Shown here piece by piece: positions 38,295-48,665 of a stretch of DNA of 64,000 nucleotides; the first letter of the stretch is position 1; each line of letters begins with the position of its first letter. The notes under the pieces were generated by a model. It worked only from the letters and a program-made list of their open reading frames with translations, searched no databases and was not told the DNA's origin. The DNA comes from Clostridia bacterium (GTDB taxonomy: Bacteria; Bacillota; Clostridia; Oscillospirales; CAG-272), in contig JAFVUF010000017.1 in the NCBI GenBank assembly GCA_017502875.1, forward strand, positions 32,772-96,771, in the 5' to 3' direction. The position numbers were made by a program, and so were the translations under genes.

Positions 38295-39382
38295 GAAAAA
38301 TGGTTATTTTCTTATTTACCTTGGTTTTGCTTACAAGACCGTGCTTTGCGGAGGAATACGTTATAGACGGTGAAGGTGAAGACAATAGCTTTAAGACTGA
38401 GGATTATCTTCCGCAAGATGTTCTGGAAATACTGAATAATAACGGCATAACAGAGCCGGAAAAAGTAAGCGGAACGGATATTATAAAATTGCTTATTGAT
38501 TACCTCTTAAACGGCGCGGACAAGTATTCGAAAATCGCAATTGAGCTAATTGGAATAGCGATAATTGTATCAATAATCAAAAGAATTAATGATAATAATA
38601 CTAACTTATTGATTATAAGTCTTATTTGTTGTTTGGCTATATGTACTGTTATGCTTTCCGTTTTTAATGATATATGCATAAGAGCTAATGAATCACTTTC
38701 ATCATTATCCGAGCTTTTGAGCCTTTTATTGCCTTCTTTTGTGTCTGTGTATATGCTCGGTGGCGAGGCATTATCGAGCGCAGCATCTGCAACCTCTTTT
38801 GGAGCTGTTCTTGCTCTACTTGAAATATTTCTATCGGGTATTATAGAGGGGATGGTAAGCATAATGGTCGTTATTTCTGTTTTTGAGAGAGTATCCCCTT
38901 CTTTAAACGTATTCGGAATAGTTAAAACAGTAAAAAAGTATTCTATAATGCTTATTTCCTTTATAACAACAGTCATGTTAACCGTTCTGTCCTATCAGAA
39001 TATAATAAGCGCGCGCGCGGATTCTATATCAACAAGAACCGTTAGGTTTGCCGCGGCGAATTTTATACCGATAGTAGGAAACGCAGTCGGAGAATCATTA
39101 AAAACTGTTACAAAAGGTGTTTCTTATCTTAAAGCTTCAGTTGGCGTATCCGCCTCGCTTGCCTTATTTTTTTGCATCTTGCCATTCATTTGCGAGCTTG
39201 TTATATTGAAGCTGATAGTATCTTTTGTATCAGTTTTCTTTACTGCTTTAGGGTGTGAGCAAGAGGGTTCGTATATTTCATCTTGTGTTGGATTTATTGA
39301 TATTATCCTATCAATTATCATTTGTTGCCTAATATTATCATTTCTATTGATTTATTTGTTTACTATTGTTACGGTTGGATAA
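38291..39382 (+). CDS. spoIIIAE: Stage III sporulation protein AE
   Basis: 363 aa with a signal peptide and multiple TM helices. The ANFIPIVGNAVGESLKTV motif is typical of SpoIIIAE. Confidence 0.85.
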   Translation: MRKMVIFLFTLVLLTRPCFAEEYVIDGEGEDNSFKTEDYLPQDVLEILNNNGITEPEKVSGTDIIKLLIDYLLNGADKYSKIAIELIGIAIIVSIIKRINDNNTNLLIISLICCLAICTVMLSVFNDICIRANESLSSLSELLSLLLPSFVSVYMLGGEALSSAASATSFGAVLALLEIFLSGIIEGMVSIMVVISVFERVSPSLNVFGIVKTVKKYSIMLISFITTVMLTVLSYQNIISARADSISTRTVRFAAANFIPIVGNAVGESLKTVTKGVSYLKASVGVSASLALFFCILPFICELVILKLIVSFVSVFFTALGCEQEGSYISSCVGFIDIILSIIICCLILSFLLIYLFTIVTVG

Positions 39383-39387
39383 GGCGT

Positions 39388-39888
39388 ATGAAGGAGTTTT
39401 TTTCGAGTTACGTATATGCGCTTATTGTTGTTTCAGTTATAACAGCGCTTGTTTCCGCTATTGTTTTCCACTCTCCGTTTAAAGGCTCGGTTAACACTGT
39501 GTGCGCTCTTGCTGTGCTTAGTACTTTAATTTCAGTATTCTCACCCGTAATTTCTTTTTTAAATGAAATAGATTTCAAGGCTCAGCCTGATGATACATCT
39601 CCTCCCGAATTTTCGTTAAACGACGAGACTCAGATTAAAGAAACGGGCAGGTATATTTGCGTATTTACCGAGGAAATGCTTGTATCGAGACTTGGGCTTG
39701 ATAAAGATGACTTTTCTGTTGCTATAACGCTGGATTTTGACGGTGAAAACCCAGTTTCAATAAAGACAGTAACAGTTACCCTTAATAAAAACGTAAGCGT
39801 TTCTGCAGCCGTTATTTCCGAACTTGTTTCCGATACACTTATGTGTGAATGCCTTGTTATTACCCCTGAAACTGCTAACAGCGAATGA
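39388..39888 (+). CDS. spoIIIAF: Stage III sporulation protein AF
   Basis: Start at MKEFFSSYVYALIVVSVI (internal ATG of the track ORF, which otherwise overlaps AE). Two N-terminal TM helices and a soluble domain. Confidence 0.7.
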   Translation: MKEFFSSYVYALIVVSVITALVSAIVFHSPFKGSVNTVCALAVLSTLISVFSPVISFLNEIDFKAQPDDTSPPEFSLNDETQIKETGRYICVFTEEMLVSRLGLDKDDFSVAITLDFDGENPVSIKTVTVTLNKNVSVSAAVISELVSDTLMCECLVITPETANSE

Positions 39889-39897
39889 AAGGAATAA

Positions 39898-40392
39898 ATG
39901 ATGAAAATATTAAAGAAAGTATTTGAAAACAGGAATATACTTATGATATTTTGCGGAGTTTTAGTTGGCGCTCTGCTTATTGTTTTTGGCGCGACAAGGG
40001 ATAGTGGCGGAGAGAAAACTGATTTAGATGAAGGCACAACGAAATACTCAAGCGAGGAGCTTGAGAGCTATACTGATTCCATTGAGGCAAAGCTAAAAGA
40101 ACATCTTGAGAAGATTGGCGGTGTAAGCGACGTTAGCGTTATTGTAACTATTGAAGGTACAAATGAGGCGGTTTACGCAACGGACGGAAGCAATAAAGAC
40201 TACGTAATAGTCAAGGATTCATCGGGTAATGAAAGCGCTCTTATGCTTATGGAGATAAACGCAAACGTAAGAGGAATAGCAGTTGTATGTAATTACGAAA
40301 ACAACGAGTTACTTAAACAGAAGATTATAGAAATGCTTTCTTCTCTATTCAATATCGGCGCTAATAGAATTTCCGTTATGTCATCGTGTTGA
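39898..40392 (+). CDS. spoIIIAG: Stage III sporulation protein AG
   Basis: 164 aa with an N-terminal TM helix. The C-terminal region VSVIVTIEGT...VRGIAVVCNYENN...NRISVM is typical of SpoIIIAG. Confidence 0.8.
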   Translation: MMKILKKVFENRNILMIFCGVLVGALLIVFGATRDSGGEKTDLDEGTTKYSSEELESYTDSIEAKLKEHLEKIGGVSDVSVIVTIEGTNEAVYATDGSNKDYVIVKDSSGNESALMLMEINANVRGIAVVCNYENNELLKQKIIEMLSSLFNIGANRISVMSSC

Positions 40393-40544
40393 TTTTATAC
40401 TACAAAAATGATTTGTTTTATGTAAGAAAATTTATAAAAATCGCAGAAATTGTAACGTTTTTCAAAAAATACTCGTCAACCTCTTTACAAACATATAAAA
40501 ATAGTATAATATATACTTAATATACTTTGTCTATGGAGGAAGAA

Positions 40545-41999
40545 ATGAACAGAAATTATTTAGCGGAAAACATGACTATGCTCTGCGATTTTTATGAGCT
40601 TACCATGTCAAATGGCTATTTTAAGACCGACATTAAGAATAAAATAACGTATTTCGACGTTTTTTTCAGAAAAATACCGGACGGCGGAGGATTTGCTATT
40701 GCTTGCGGTCTTGAGCAGATAATCGATTATATCCTTGAGCTCAAGTTTACCGATACTGATATTGATTATCTTCGCTCAAGAAATATATTTGACGAGCAGT
40801 TTCTTGAGTATCTGAGGACATTTAAATTTACCGGCGATATTTACGCCGTTCCCGAAGGAACACCGGTTTTTCCGGGTGAGCCGGTGATAACTGTTCGAGC
40901 TCCGGCAATAGAGGCGCAGTTTATTGAGACTTACCTGCTTCTCATGTTTAATCATCAGTCTCTTGTTGCGACAAAAACTAACCGTATAGTTCGCGCGGCA
41001 GACGGAAGACCTGTTAGCGAGTTTGGAAGCAGACGAGCTCAGGGAGCTGAGGGCGCTATTCTTGGCGCTAGAGCAGCGTTTATAGGCGGCGCCGCTAATT
41101 CCGCGTGTACGATTTCCGATATACGCTACGGTGTTCCTGCCGGTGGAACGATGGCGCACAGCTGGATAATGATGTACGATGATGAATATACGGCGTTTAA
41201 GACCTACTGTGAAATTTATCCTGAAAATGCCACTCTTCTCGTGGATACCTATAACGTTTTAAAAAGCGGTATTCCCAATGCAATCAAGGCTTTTAAAGAA
41301 GTTCTTGAGCCTAAGGGAATAAGAAAATGCGCAATAAGAATTGATTCTGGAGACCTTGCGTATTTAACTAAAAAAGCAAGAAAAATGCTTGATGATGCGG
41401 GTCTTGATTATTGCAGAATAGTTGTTTCCAACTCTCTTGATGAGTATGTTATTAAGGATCTTCTCCGTCAAGGCGCTAAGATTGATGCCTTCGGAGTTGG
41501 TGAAAGGCTTATAACATCAAAGTCTGATCCTGTTTTCGGCGGTGTTTATAAGATATGCGCCATCGAGGACGAAAACGGTAATATCGTGCCGAAAATCAAG
41601 CTTAGTGAAAACGCAGCAAAAATAACCAATCCGCATTATAAAAAGCTTTACCGTATTTACGACAAGGAGAACGGCAAGGCAATAGCAGACCTTATGACTG
41701 TTTACGATGAGGTTATTGATGAAAGTAAGCCGCTTGAAATATTCGATCCTAATTACACCTGGAAGCGTAAAACTCTTACAAATTACAAGGCTATTGAACT
41801 TCAAAAGCCTGTATTTTTAAACGGAAGATGCGTTTATCCCAGATATACCACCGACGAGATACGTGATTACTGCGCGGCTCAGCTTGAGCTTCAGTGGGAC
41901 GAGGTAAAGCGCTTTGAAAATCCCCATAATTATTACGTGGATCTCTCACAGAAGCTTTGGGACGTAAAGCACGAGCTTTTAAAGAAAAACAATATGTAA
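40545..41999 (+). CDS. pncB: Nicotinate phosphoribosyltransferase
   Basis: MLCDFYELTMSNGYF N-terminus and GTMAHSWIM phosphohistidine region. The ATG at 40545 has GGAGGAAGAA upstream. Confidence 0.92.
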   Translation: MNRNYLAENMTMLCDFYELTMSNGYFKTDIKNKITYFDVFFRKIPDGGGFAIACGLEQIIDYILELKFTDTDIDYLRSRNIFDEQFLEYLRTFKFTGDIYAVPEGTPVFPGEPVITVRAPAIEAQFIETYLLLMFNHQSLVATKTNRIVRAADGRPVSEFGSRRAQGAEGAILGARAAFIGGAANSACTISDIRYGVPAGGTMAHSWIMMYDDEYTAFKTYCEIYPENATLLVDTYNVLKSGIPNAIKAFKEVLEPKGIRKCAIRIDSGDLAYLTKKARKMLDDAGLDYCRIVVSNSLDEYVIKDLLRQGAKIDAFGVGERLITSKSDPVFGGVYKICAIEDENGNIVPKIKLSENAAKITNPHYKKLYRIYDKENGKAIADLMTVYDEVIDESKPLEIFDPNYTWKRKTLTNYKAIELQKPVFLNGRCVYPRYTTDEIRDYCAAQLELQWDEVKRFENPHNYYVDLSQKLWDVKHELLKKNNM

Positions 42000-42011
42000 A
42001 GGACAGTTAAA

Positions 42012-43268
42012 ATGATACAGAAACCAAGAGGAACAATGGATATCCTCCCAAAAGAATCAAAGAAATGGCAGTTCATTGAAAAGGTAGCGCGCGACGTCTG
42101 CCGTAAGCACGGCTTTGGAGAGATTCGCTTCCCTACCTTTGAGGAAACTCAGCTCTTTAAGAGAGGTGTCGGGGACACAACTGACGTAGTTCAGAAGGAA
42201 ATGTATACGTTTACTGACCGGGATGGGACAAGCTACACCCTCCGCCCTGAAGGCACCGCATGCGTTGCCAGATCTGTAATCGAAAACGGTCTATCCGGCG
42301 ACACAATGCCGCTTAAGCTCTTCTACATTATAAACTGCTTCCGCCACGAGCGTCCTCAGGCGGGCAGATACAGAGAGTTTTATCAGTTCGGAGCTGAGCT
42401 TTTCGGCGCTACTACTCCCTCTGCTGATACTGAGCTTATATGTCTTGCGGACGACTTTTTGAAGGGAATTGGAATTAACAATACTACCCTTCACGTAAAT
42501 TCTATCGGTTGTCCTGAGTGCCGCCCACAGTATAAGTCGGCGCTCGTTGAGTACTTCTCTGGCAGACAGGACGAGCTTTGCGATACCTGCAAGAGCAGAC
42601 TTCACAGCAATCCCCTTCGTATTCTTGACTGTAAGAGCCCTATATGCTCCGCTATTGCTAAGGACGCTCCTAAGACTATTGACCACCTTTGCGACGCTTG
42701 TAAGGAGCATTTTGAAGGACTTAAAGCGCGTCTTAACGTAAGCGGTATAGACTATGAGATCGACTGCAACATAGTTCGCGGTCTTGACTATTACAGCAGA
42801 ACTGTATTTGAGTTTATAAGCGAGGGCATAGGCTCTCAAAGCACAGTTTGCGGCGGAGGCCGCTATGACGGTCTTGTTGAGCAGATCGGAGGCCCGAAGC
42901 TTGCGGGAATTGGCTTTGCCGCGGGTATTAACCGCCTTATACTCACAATGGAGAACGGTTCAAGCTACGTTGAGGACGACGGAGGTGCGGACATATACAT
43001 TGCGCCTCTCGGTGAAGCGGCGTCAGTTAAGGCCAATGAGATATGCGCTTTTCTTCGTAAAAAGGATATCGTATGCGATACCGACCTCGTTGGAAGAAGC
43101 TTAAAGGCTCAGATGAAATACGCAAATAAGATAAACGCAAAAAATACTCTCATAATAGGCGACGGCGAGCTTGAAAACGGAAAAGCTCAGTTAAGGAATA
43201 TGCTTAACGGCGAGCAGACCGAGGTTTCTCTTAGCGACCTTGAGGCTATTTACGATATTATAAAATAA
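42012..43268 (+). CDS. hisS: Histidine--tRNA ligase
   Basis: PRGTMDILP, TLRPEGTA, FRHERPQAGRYREFYQ and GGGRYDGL class II motifs. Confidence 0.96.
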   Translation: MIQKPRGTMDILPKESKKWQFIEKVARDVCRKHGFGEIRFPTFEETQLFKRGVGDTTDVVQKEMYTFTDRDGTSYTLRPEGTACVARSVIENGLSGDTMPLKLFYIINCFRHERPQAGRYREFYQFGAELFGATTPSADTELICLADDFLKGIGINNTTLHVNSIGCPECRPQYKSALVEYFSGRQDELCDTCKSRLHSNPLRILDCKSPICSAIAKDAPKTIDHLCDACKEHFEGLKARLNVSGIDYEIDCNIVRGLDYYSRTVFEFISEGIGSQSTVCGGGRYDGLVEQIGGPKLAGIGFAAGINRLILTMENGSSYVEDDGGADIYIAPLGEAASVKANEICAFLRKKDIVCDTDLVGRSLKAQMKYANKINAKNTLIIGDGELENGKAQLRNMLNGEQTEVSLSDLEAIYDIIK

Positions 43269-43283
43269 GGACGGACGTTTGAA

Positions 43284-45080
43284 ATGGCAGAATTACTCAG
43301 TAAAAACGATAAAAGAACAAAGTATTGCGGAGAGTTTTCGACAGCTGACATAGGCTCAAGCGTGTGCGTTATGGGTTGGGCTCAGAAGCAAAGAGACCTC
43401 GGCGGTCTTATCTTCATTGACCTTCGTGATAGAAGCGGTATAATTCAGCTTGCCTTCGACGAGAACACTCCTGAGGAGGTATATAAGTCCGCTTTTAAAG
43501 TAAGAAGCGAGTTTGTTCTCTGCGCTAAGGGTGTTGTACGAGCCAGAGGCGAGGGCGCGGTAAATAAGAATATTCCCACAGGCGAAATAGAAATAGCTGT
43601 AAATGAGCTTAAAATCCTTTCCGCTGCGGCTACTCCCCCATTTGCTATTGTCGAAAACAGCGACGTTAAGGCTGAGCTTCGCTTAAAGCACCGTTACCTT
43701 GACCTTCGCCGCCCCGATATGCAAAGCCGTATCATTGCGAGAAGTAAGATAGCTAAGATAACCCGCGACTACTTTGAGGAGCAGGGCTTTATCGAAATAG
43801 AAACGCCTAACCTCGTTAAGCCTACGCCTGAGGGAGCAAGAGATTACCTTGTTCCCAGCCGAGTTCATCCCGGCTCCTTCTATGCGCTTCCCCAATCTCC
43901 CCAGCTTTATAAGCAGCTTCTTATGCTTTCGGGCTTCGACCGCTATCTCCAGATTGCGAGATGCTACCGTGATGAAGACCTGCGCGCTGACCGTCAGCCT
44001 GAGTTTACCCAGATTGACGAGGAGCTTTCATTTGTAACGCAGGACGACGTTATTGAAATAAACGAGGGATTTTTAAAGAGAGTTTTCAAGGAGTTCCTCG
44101 GCAGAGATATAGAGCTTCCCCTCCCCCGTATGACATATGCGGAGGCAATGGAACGTTTTGGCTCTGATAAGCCTGACCTTCGCTTTGGATATGAGCTTAA
44201 AAACCTTTCCGAAATTGTTAAGAACAGTGAATTCAAGGTGTTCTCCGGCGCCGTTGAGGCAGGCGGCTCGGTACGCGCTATCAATATCGATGGCGGCGCA
44301 AGGATGTCCAGAAAAGAGATAGATTCCCTTGTTGAGTTTGTAAAGACCTATCGCGCGAAGGGACTTGCGTGGTATAAGTACGCAGAGGACGGAACATTCT
44401 CATCGTCTTACGCGAAATTCCTTACAGATGATGAAAATAAGGCTATCCTTGACGCTATGAACGCAAAGCCGGGAGACCTTATCCTTATCGTTGCCGACGC
44501 AAAGAATAACGTAGTATTCGACTCTCTCGGCGCTCTTCGCCGTGAGATTGCGTTCCGACTTAACGTTATCAAGCCCGGAGATTTCAAGATGCTCTGGATA
44601 ACCGAGTTCCCGCTTCTTGAGTATGATGACGAGGACGGACGCTTCTACGCCAAGCACCACCCCTTCACAATGCCTATGGAGGAGGATTTAGAGTATCTTG
44701 ATACCGATCCCGGCAGAGTCCGTGCTATCGCTTATGATATCGTTATTAACGGTACAGAGGCAGGCGGTGGCTCAGTCCGTATAAATATTCCCGAAATTCA
44801 GCAGAAGATGTTCTCCGTTCTCGGAATGGAAAAGGAGGAATACGAGGAAAAGTTCGGATTCCTGCTTGAAGCATACCGCTACGGCGCGCCTCCGCACGCA
44901 GGACTTGCCTTCGGCTTTGACCGTCTTGTTTCTCTCCTCCTTGAAATTGAGGATATACGCGACGTAATTGCCTTCCCGAAGGTTCAGAACGCAAGCGAGC
45001 TTATGACGGGCGCTCCCGCCCCAACAGATATGAAAGCGCTAAATGAGCTTTCTATTGCTGTTGTTAATGAAGAAGAATAA
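43284..45080 (+). CDS. aspS: Aspartate--tRNA ligase
   Basis: 598 aa with an OB-fold N-terminus, FYALPQSPQLYKQLLM, CYRDEDLRADRQPEFTQID and GGGSVRI. Confidence 0.96.
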   Translation: MAELLSKNDKRTKYCGEFSTADIGSSVCVMGWAQKQRDLGGLIFIDLRDRSGIIQLAFDENTPEEVYKSAFKVRSEFVLCAKGVVRARGEGAVNKNIPTGEIEIAVNELKILSAAATPPFAIVENSDVKAELRLKHRYLDLRRPDMQSRIIARSKIAKITRDYFEEQGFIEIETPNLVKPTPEGARDYLVPSRVHPGSFYALPQSPQLYKQLLMLSGFDRYLQIARCYRDEDLRADRQPEFTQIDEELSFVTQDDVIEINEGFLKRVFKEFLGRDIELPLPRMTYAEAMERFGSDKPDLRFGYELKNLSEIVKNSEFKVFSGAVEAGGSVRAINIDGGARMSRKEIDSLVEFVKTYRAKGLAWYKYAEDGTFSSSYAKFLTDDENKAILDAMNAKPGDLILIVADAKNNVVFDSLGALRREIAFRLNVIKPGDFKMLWITEFPLLEYDDEDGRFYAKHHPFTMPMEEDLEYLDTDPGRVRAIAYDIVINGTEAGGGSVRINIPEIQQKMFSVLGMEKEEYEEKFGFLLEAYRYGAPPHAGLAFGFDRLVSLLLEIEDIRDVIAFPKVQNASELMTGAPAPTDMKALNELSIAVVNEEE

Positions 45081-45122
45081 AAAGGTCGTCGTAACATAAA
45101 AAGACAAAAAAGCAAAGAAAAA

Positions 45123-45154
45123 GAGGAGCTTCTAGCGAAAAGCTCCTCATTTTT
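45123..45154. terminator. Bidirectional terminator
   Basis: GAGGAGCTT-N8-AAGCTCCTC is flanked by an A-run and a T-run. It lies between the convergent aspS and glycosyltransferase genes. Confidence 0.8.
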
Positions 45155-45161
45155 ATGTGAT

Positions 45162-46259
45162 TTATTTGCATGCTACTTCAAATAGCTTCTCAGCAGCATT
45201 CTTTTTACCGAGCAATGAAGCTGAATGAGCAAGTGAAGCGCGGAGGTTGCTGTTAGTTAAAAAGTCTTTAACCGCCTCGTCAACCTTTTTGTCTTTCGAT
45301 ATTTCGATAGCCGCGCCGTTGTCAACAATAAAGCGAAGATTTCTCTCCTCATGTCCGGGAATTGGGTGAGATAGTATCATCGGTAACTCACGTGAAAGTG
45401 ATTCAGAAACTGATAATCCGCCGGGTTTAGTGATAATACAGTCCGATGCATCCATAATGATATTAATTTTATCAGTAAACCCAAGCTTAATAACCTTATG
45501 TTTAAAATGCTCCCTTTCGAGCTTTTTTAGTTCCTTTTTTGATGAGCCGCAGACAGCGACTATCTGGAAGCAGCTATTGATTTTATCAAGCGCCTTTACG
45601 GTATTCGTAAGACCTCCGTAGCACATACTGCCGCTCATTACTGTAATAACAGGTTTGTCGGGCATAAGACCGATCTGTTCTCTTGCCTCTGATTTGGTCA
45701 AAACATTAGAAAACTTCTGCTGTATCGGCACTCCGATAGGAAGTATCTGCTCCGGCTTATATCCCTTAGCTATGCACTCGTCAGCAAGCTTTTCCGAGGG
45801 AATAACGATGTAATCAATCGCAGTCGCTTCCTCCCAATACGGATGGAGCGTAAAGTCTGTAAGTATGCCAATAGTTTTTGCGTTAAGCTCACCGCTTAAA
45901 ATAAAGGGTTTAATCACCATAGCGGCAAGTACGTGCGTACACACCACAACGTCGGGCGCATATTCAAGCAGTTGCTCCTTGTACTTTTTAGAAAGGTAGG
46001 AAGCAAGGCGAACAGTAACGTCCTTCTTCCCCGCTTCTCTTTCAAGCAGCTTGGTGTAGACAACAGAATAAGGCTTTTTCAGTAATTTGACAGAGGCAAG
46101 ATAGCCTTTGTCAATAATAAAACCAATAGCTTTGTTGTTTTCGTAGCATATATCAACTATCTTACATTCATTTCCGTTTTGGGAGAATGCTGTTTTTACA
46201 GCAGCGGCAGTAGAATTATGACCGTAACCTGCGGTAACTGTTAGAATAAGAGTTTTCAT
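45162..46259 (-). CDS. Glycolipid (MGDG/diglucosyl-DAG synthase-like) glycosyltransferase
   Basis: 365 aa. N-terminus ILTVTAGYGHNSTAAAV is typical of the MGDG synthase/UgtP family, with a GT-B C-terminal half. Confidence 0.75.
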   Translation of the reverse strand: MKTLILTVTAGYGHNSTAAAVKTAFSQNGNECKIVDICYENNKAIGFIIDKGYLASVKLLKKPYSVVYTKLLEREAGKKDVTVRLASYLSKKYKEQLLEYAPDVVVCTHVLAAMVIKPFILSGELNAKTIGILTDFTLHPYWEEATAIDYIVIPSEKLADECIAKGYKPEQILPIGVPIQQKFSNVLTKSEAREQIGLMPDKPVITVMSGSMCYGGLTNTVKALDKINSCFQIVAVCGSSKKELKKLEREHFKHKVIKLGFTDKINIIMDASDCIITKPGGLSVSESLSRELPMILSHPIPGHEERNLRFIVDNGAAIEISKDKKVDEAVKDFLTNSNLRASLAHSASLLGKKNAAEKLFEVACK

Positions 46260-46338
46260 GTATTTTTGTTCCTTAGACTTTGATATTTGTTATATTATAC
46301 CATATTAAATTGATTATTTCAAGAGTTTTTTCAACAAG

Positions 46339-46590
46339 CTAGCTCTTGTCCTTTATAACGCCTTGGGTACCGTCATTGAAATTAAGAACGTTATGAGCAA
46401 TACTGCTTATTTTTCCAATTTTTTCTTTAAAAAGTTCCCAATCTTCTAATGATAGAAGATTCTTCGCCCATGTTCTTTTGCTATTATAATTATACTGCAC
46501 CTCTTTTTCTTTGTCAACATCTTCCTCGTCATCTTCGTCAAGAATATATCTCGCAAGGTCTACATTTCCGGACTGCTCAGCCGCCTGCAA
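46339..46590 (-). pseudogene. Fragmentary ORF paralogous to 6220-6501 (5'-truncated mobile-element-type gene)
   Basis: The homology EKYLRLRKAEKLFLQAAEQSGNVDLARYI starts immediately after an in-frame TGA (near 46630). Only a TTG start is available. Confidence 0.35.
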
Positions 46591-46620
46591 GAACAGCTTT
46601 TCAGCTTTCCTGAGTCTAAG
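46542..46620 (-). repeat. 79-nt repeat, copy B (inverted partner of 6271-6349)
   Basis: Its reverse complement equals copy A except for 2 substitutions (G/A and A/C), by hand alignment. Confidence 0.9.
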
Positions 46621-46649
46621 GTATTTTTCTCATAAGAAGCTAATTAACT

Positions 46650-46683
46650 AAAAAAATAAGACGGACAGTTAAAATCGTCCGTC
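46650..46683 (-). terminator. Rho-independent terminator ending the methyltransferase cluster
   Basis: On the minus strand: GACGGACG-ATTTTAAC-TGTCCGTC followed by TTATTTTTTT. Confidence 0.8.
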
Positions 46684-46693
46684 CTATATAATC

Positions 46694-48106
46694 TCAAAAT
46701 TCCATATTCATAAAGAACAATTCGGAAAACAAAAGGTCAGCCGAAAGATCTATGTACTCCGCTTTTTCTGTAAACACATCAAGTTCATTTCTCTCGATTG
46801 CGTATTTTACAGTACCGAGCAAGCTACTGTTATTAACCGGTACAAACTTATCAAGAAGCTCGTTTGGTATGAGTCCAACGAAAGCGGCATTCTTCGAATC
46901 AATACTCGCTGAAAAACCGCCTGCTACATACAAAGCCTCAATATCGTCAAATGAAGCTCCTGCTCTTTTAATAAGGCAAATAATTGCTGAAAGCACTGCG
47001 GATTTAGCGAGCTGAAACTCTCTAACATCCCTTTGAGTAAGAGTAACAGAGTCCGTTATACTAAACTCCTCATCCTCCATATATCCGCTATTGTCAATAA
47101 TCTTATTTCGGACAAGATAAGCTATTATGTCTACAAGTCCGGTAGCGCAAAGTCCGATAGGAGCAATATTACCTATTACCTTATAATTACCGTCAGACTG
47201 ATATACGGAAATTGCTCCGTTTATAGCGCTCATTCCGCATGAAATATTGGCGCCCTCAAAGCAAGGACCTGCCGCAGCCGCAGTTGAATACGCCTTGTCT
47301 TTACTAAAAAGAACTACTTCGGCGTTTGTTCCGAGATCAACAAGAAGGGCATACTTACTCTCGCTTGGCGTCCCTATATAATTCATACCGGCTACTATAT
47401 CAGCTCCTACAAATGCGGATATACTCGGAAGTGAGCGTACAGTATCAACCTTGTCAATACCTAATGCTTCTCCCTTTACGCACATGGCTTCTGTAAAGCT
47501 CGGAGTATATGGCGCGACGCCCATTGACGAACAATCTACACCGAAAAAGATATGTAGCATTGTTGCGTTACCTGATACGAGCATTTCCGGAAAAGATGAA
47601 AGACCGTACTGCTTTGTAATTTCAGCTATCATTTCGTTTACGGCGCCTTTTATAGCTTCGTAAAGCGCAACAACGCCGTTTTTACGGCAGTGATCAATTC
47701 TTGATATAACATCAGCGCCAAAGGCTCTTTGCGGATTAGTTTTTGTAATTACCTTTATTATACTCCTATCATCAAGAGATACAAGCGCAAGCGCAAGGGT
47801 TGTTGTTCCTATGTCAAGACAAAGACAGATATTCTTTGTCAGACAACCTTTTTCCTCTGCTCCGCTTACTGAAATCATCTCTGTCTGCTCAGGAATACTT
47901 ACGGTAATATCACAGTTAACCTTATACTGACACGATAGCTCCGGCTTGCCGTTAACGTAAACAGTACACTTTTTGCAGCTTCCCTTTCCGCCGCACAAAT
48001 GCTCAACGTATACTCCGTTTGAATTTAAAAGCTCAGAGAGCATACGTTCTCCCTCAAAGCTTATTATACTATGTTCACCGTTACCGATGACCTTTACATT
48101 GGGCAT
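46694..48106 (-). CDS. Corrinoid reductive activase (2Fe-2S ferredoxin domain plus ASKHA ATPase, RACE/DUF4445 type)
   Basis: 470 aa. N-terminal LCGGKGSCKKCTV...C ferredoxin motif. ASKHA phosphate motifs LDIGTTTLALAL and VDLGTNAEVVL. Confidence 0.85.
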   Translation of the reverse strand: MPNVKVIGNGEHSIISFEGERMLSELLNSNGVYVEHLCGGKGSCKKCTVYVNGKPELSCQYKVNCDITVSIPEQTEMISVSGAEEKGCLTKNICLCLDIGTTTLALALVSLDDRSIIKVITKTNPQRAFGADVISRIDHCRKNGVVALYEAIKGAVNEMIAEITKQYGLSSFPEMLVSGNATMLHIFFGVDCSSMGVAPYTPSFTEAMCVKGEALGIDKVDTVRSLPSISAFVGADIVAGMNYIGTPSESKYALLVDLGTNAEVVLFSKDKAYSTAAAAGPCFEGANISCGMSAINGAISVYQSDGNYKVIGNIAPIGLCATGLVDIIAYLVRNKIIDNSGYMEDEEFSITDSVTLTQRDVREFQLAKSAVLSAIICLIKRAGASFDDIEALYVAGGFSASIDSKNAAFVGLIPNELLDKFVPVNNSSLLGTVKYAIERNELDVFTEKAEYIDLSADLLFSELFFMNMEF

Positions 48107-48107
48107 T

Positions 48108-48665
48108 TTAATTCTCCTTGAAAAGTACTGCGCCGAAATATGTTACGGTATCCTGACCGTTTATGTATTTCATACCTGCTGCCGGCGCAAGCTGAGATAC
48201 GTTTACACCGTATGCTTCAAGCGATGGCATAGCCAGCTCAGGGAAACGGCATGGCTCACCGGTCCTCTTTGAACACACCTCGCACACACCGCAACCGCCC
48301 GCACCGAGATGCAGAGCATTGGTTATATTCATATCCTTGAACACGTTACGCAGCTTTTGAGCAATTGGATAAGTAGATTTTTTTGCCTCAACCATTCCCT
48401 CAAAATCGAAGCTGTCTTCAAGCTCAGTTACAGTCTGATAAACGAGTGCGTAGTCGTATTTTCCGACCTCTGCCATAAGCATGTCGATATCTCCAACATC
48501 GGGTGGGCACATCCAGCACTTGCCGTATACTCCGCAAGCATTTGTTTCGCACATATTACGAAAAGCTCTGTCAAGAGATATTTTATTTACAGCAATTACA
48601 TTTGCCTTATAGGCGCCGAGATTTTTTACTTCCTCGATAAGCCTTTCGAACAACTTATTTTCCAT
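48108..48665 (-). CDS. DUF2284 metal-binding protein
   Basis: Cys-rich CETNACGVYGKCWMCPP and GGCGVCEVC. The ATG at 48665 overlaps the stop of the upstream gene (ATGGAAAATAA). Confidence 0.7.
   Translation of the reverse strand: MENKLFERLIEEVKNLGAYKANVIAVNKISLDRAFRNMCETNACGVYGKCWMCPPDVGDIDMLMAEVGKYDYALVYQTVTELEDSFDFEGMVEAKKSTYPIAQKLRNVFKDMNITNALHLGAGGCGVCEVCSKRTGEPCRFPELAMPSLEAYGVNVSQLAPAAGMKYINGQDTVTYFGAVLFKEN

Noticed and set aside
40393-42011. T-box leader for hisS-aspS
   Set aside because: hisS follows pncB by only 12 nt. The spacer upstream of pncB has no T-box core or terminator/antiterminator pair, only a promoter-like TTTACA-17-TATAAT.
42291-42839. 182-aa minus-strand ORF
   Set aside because: It is antisense to hisS.
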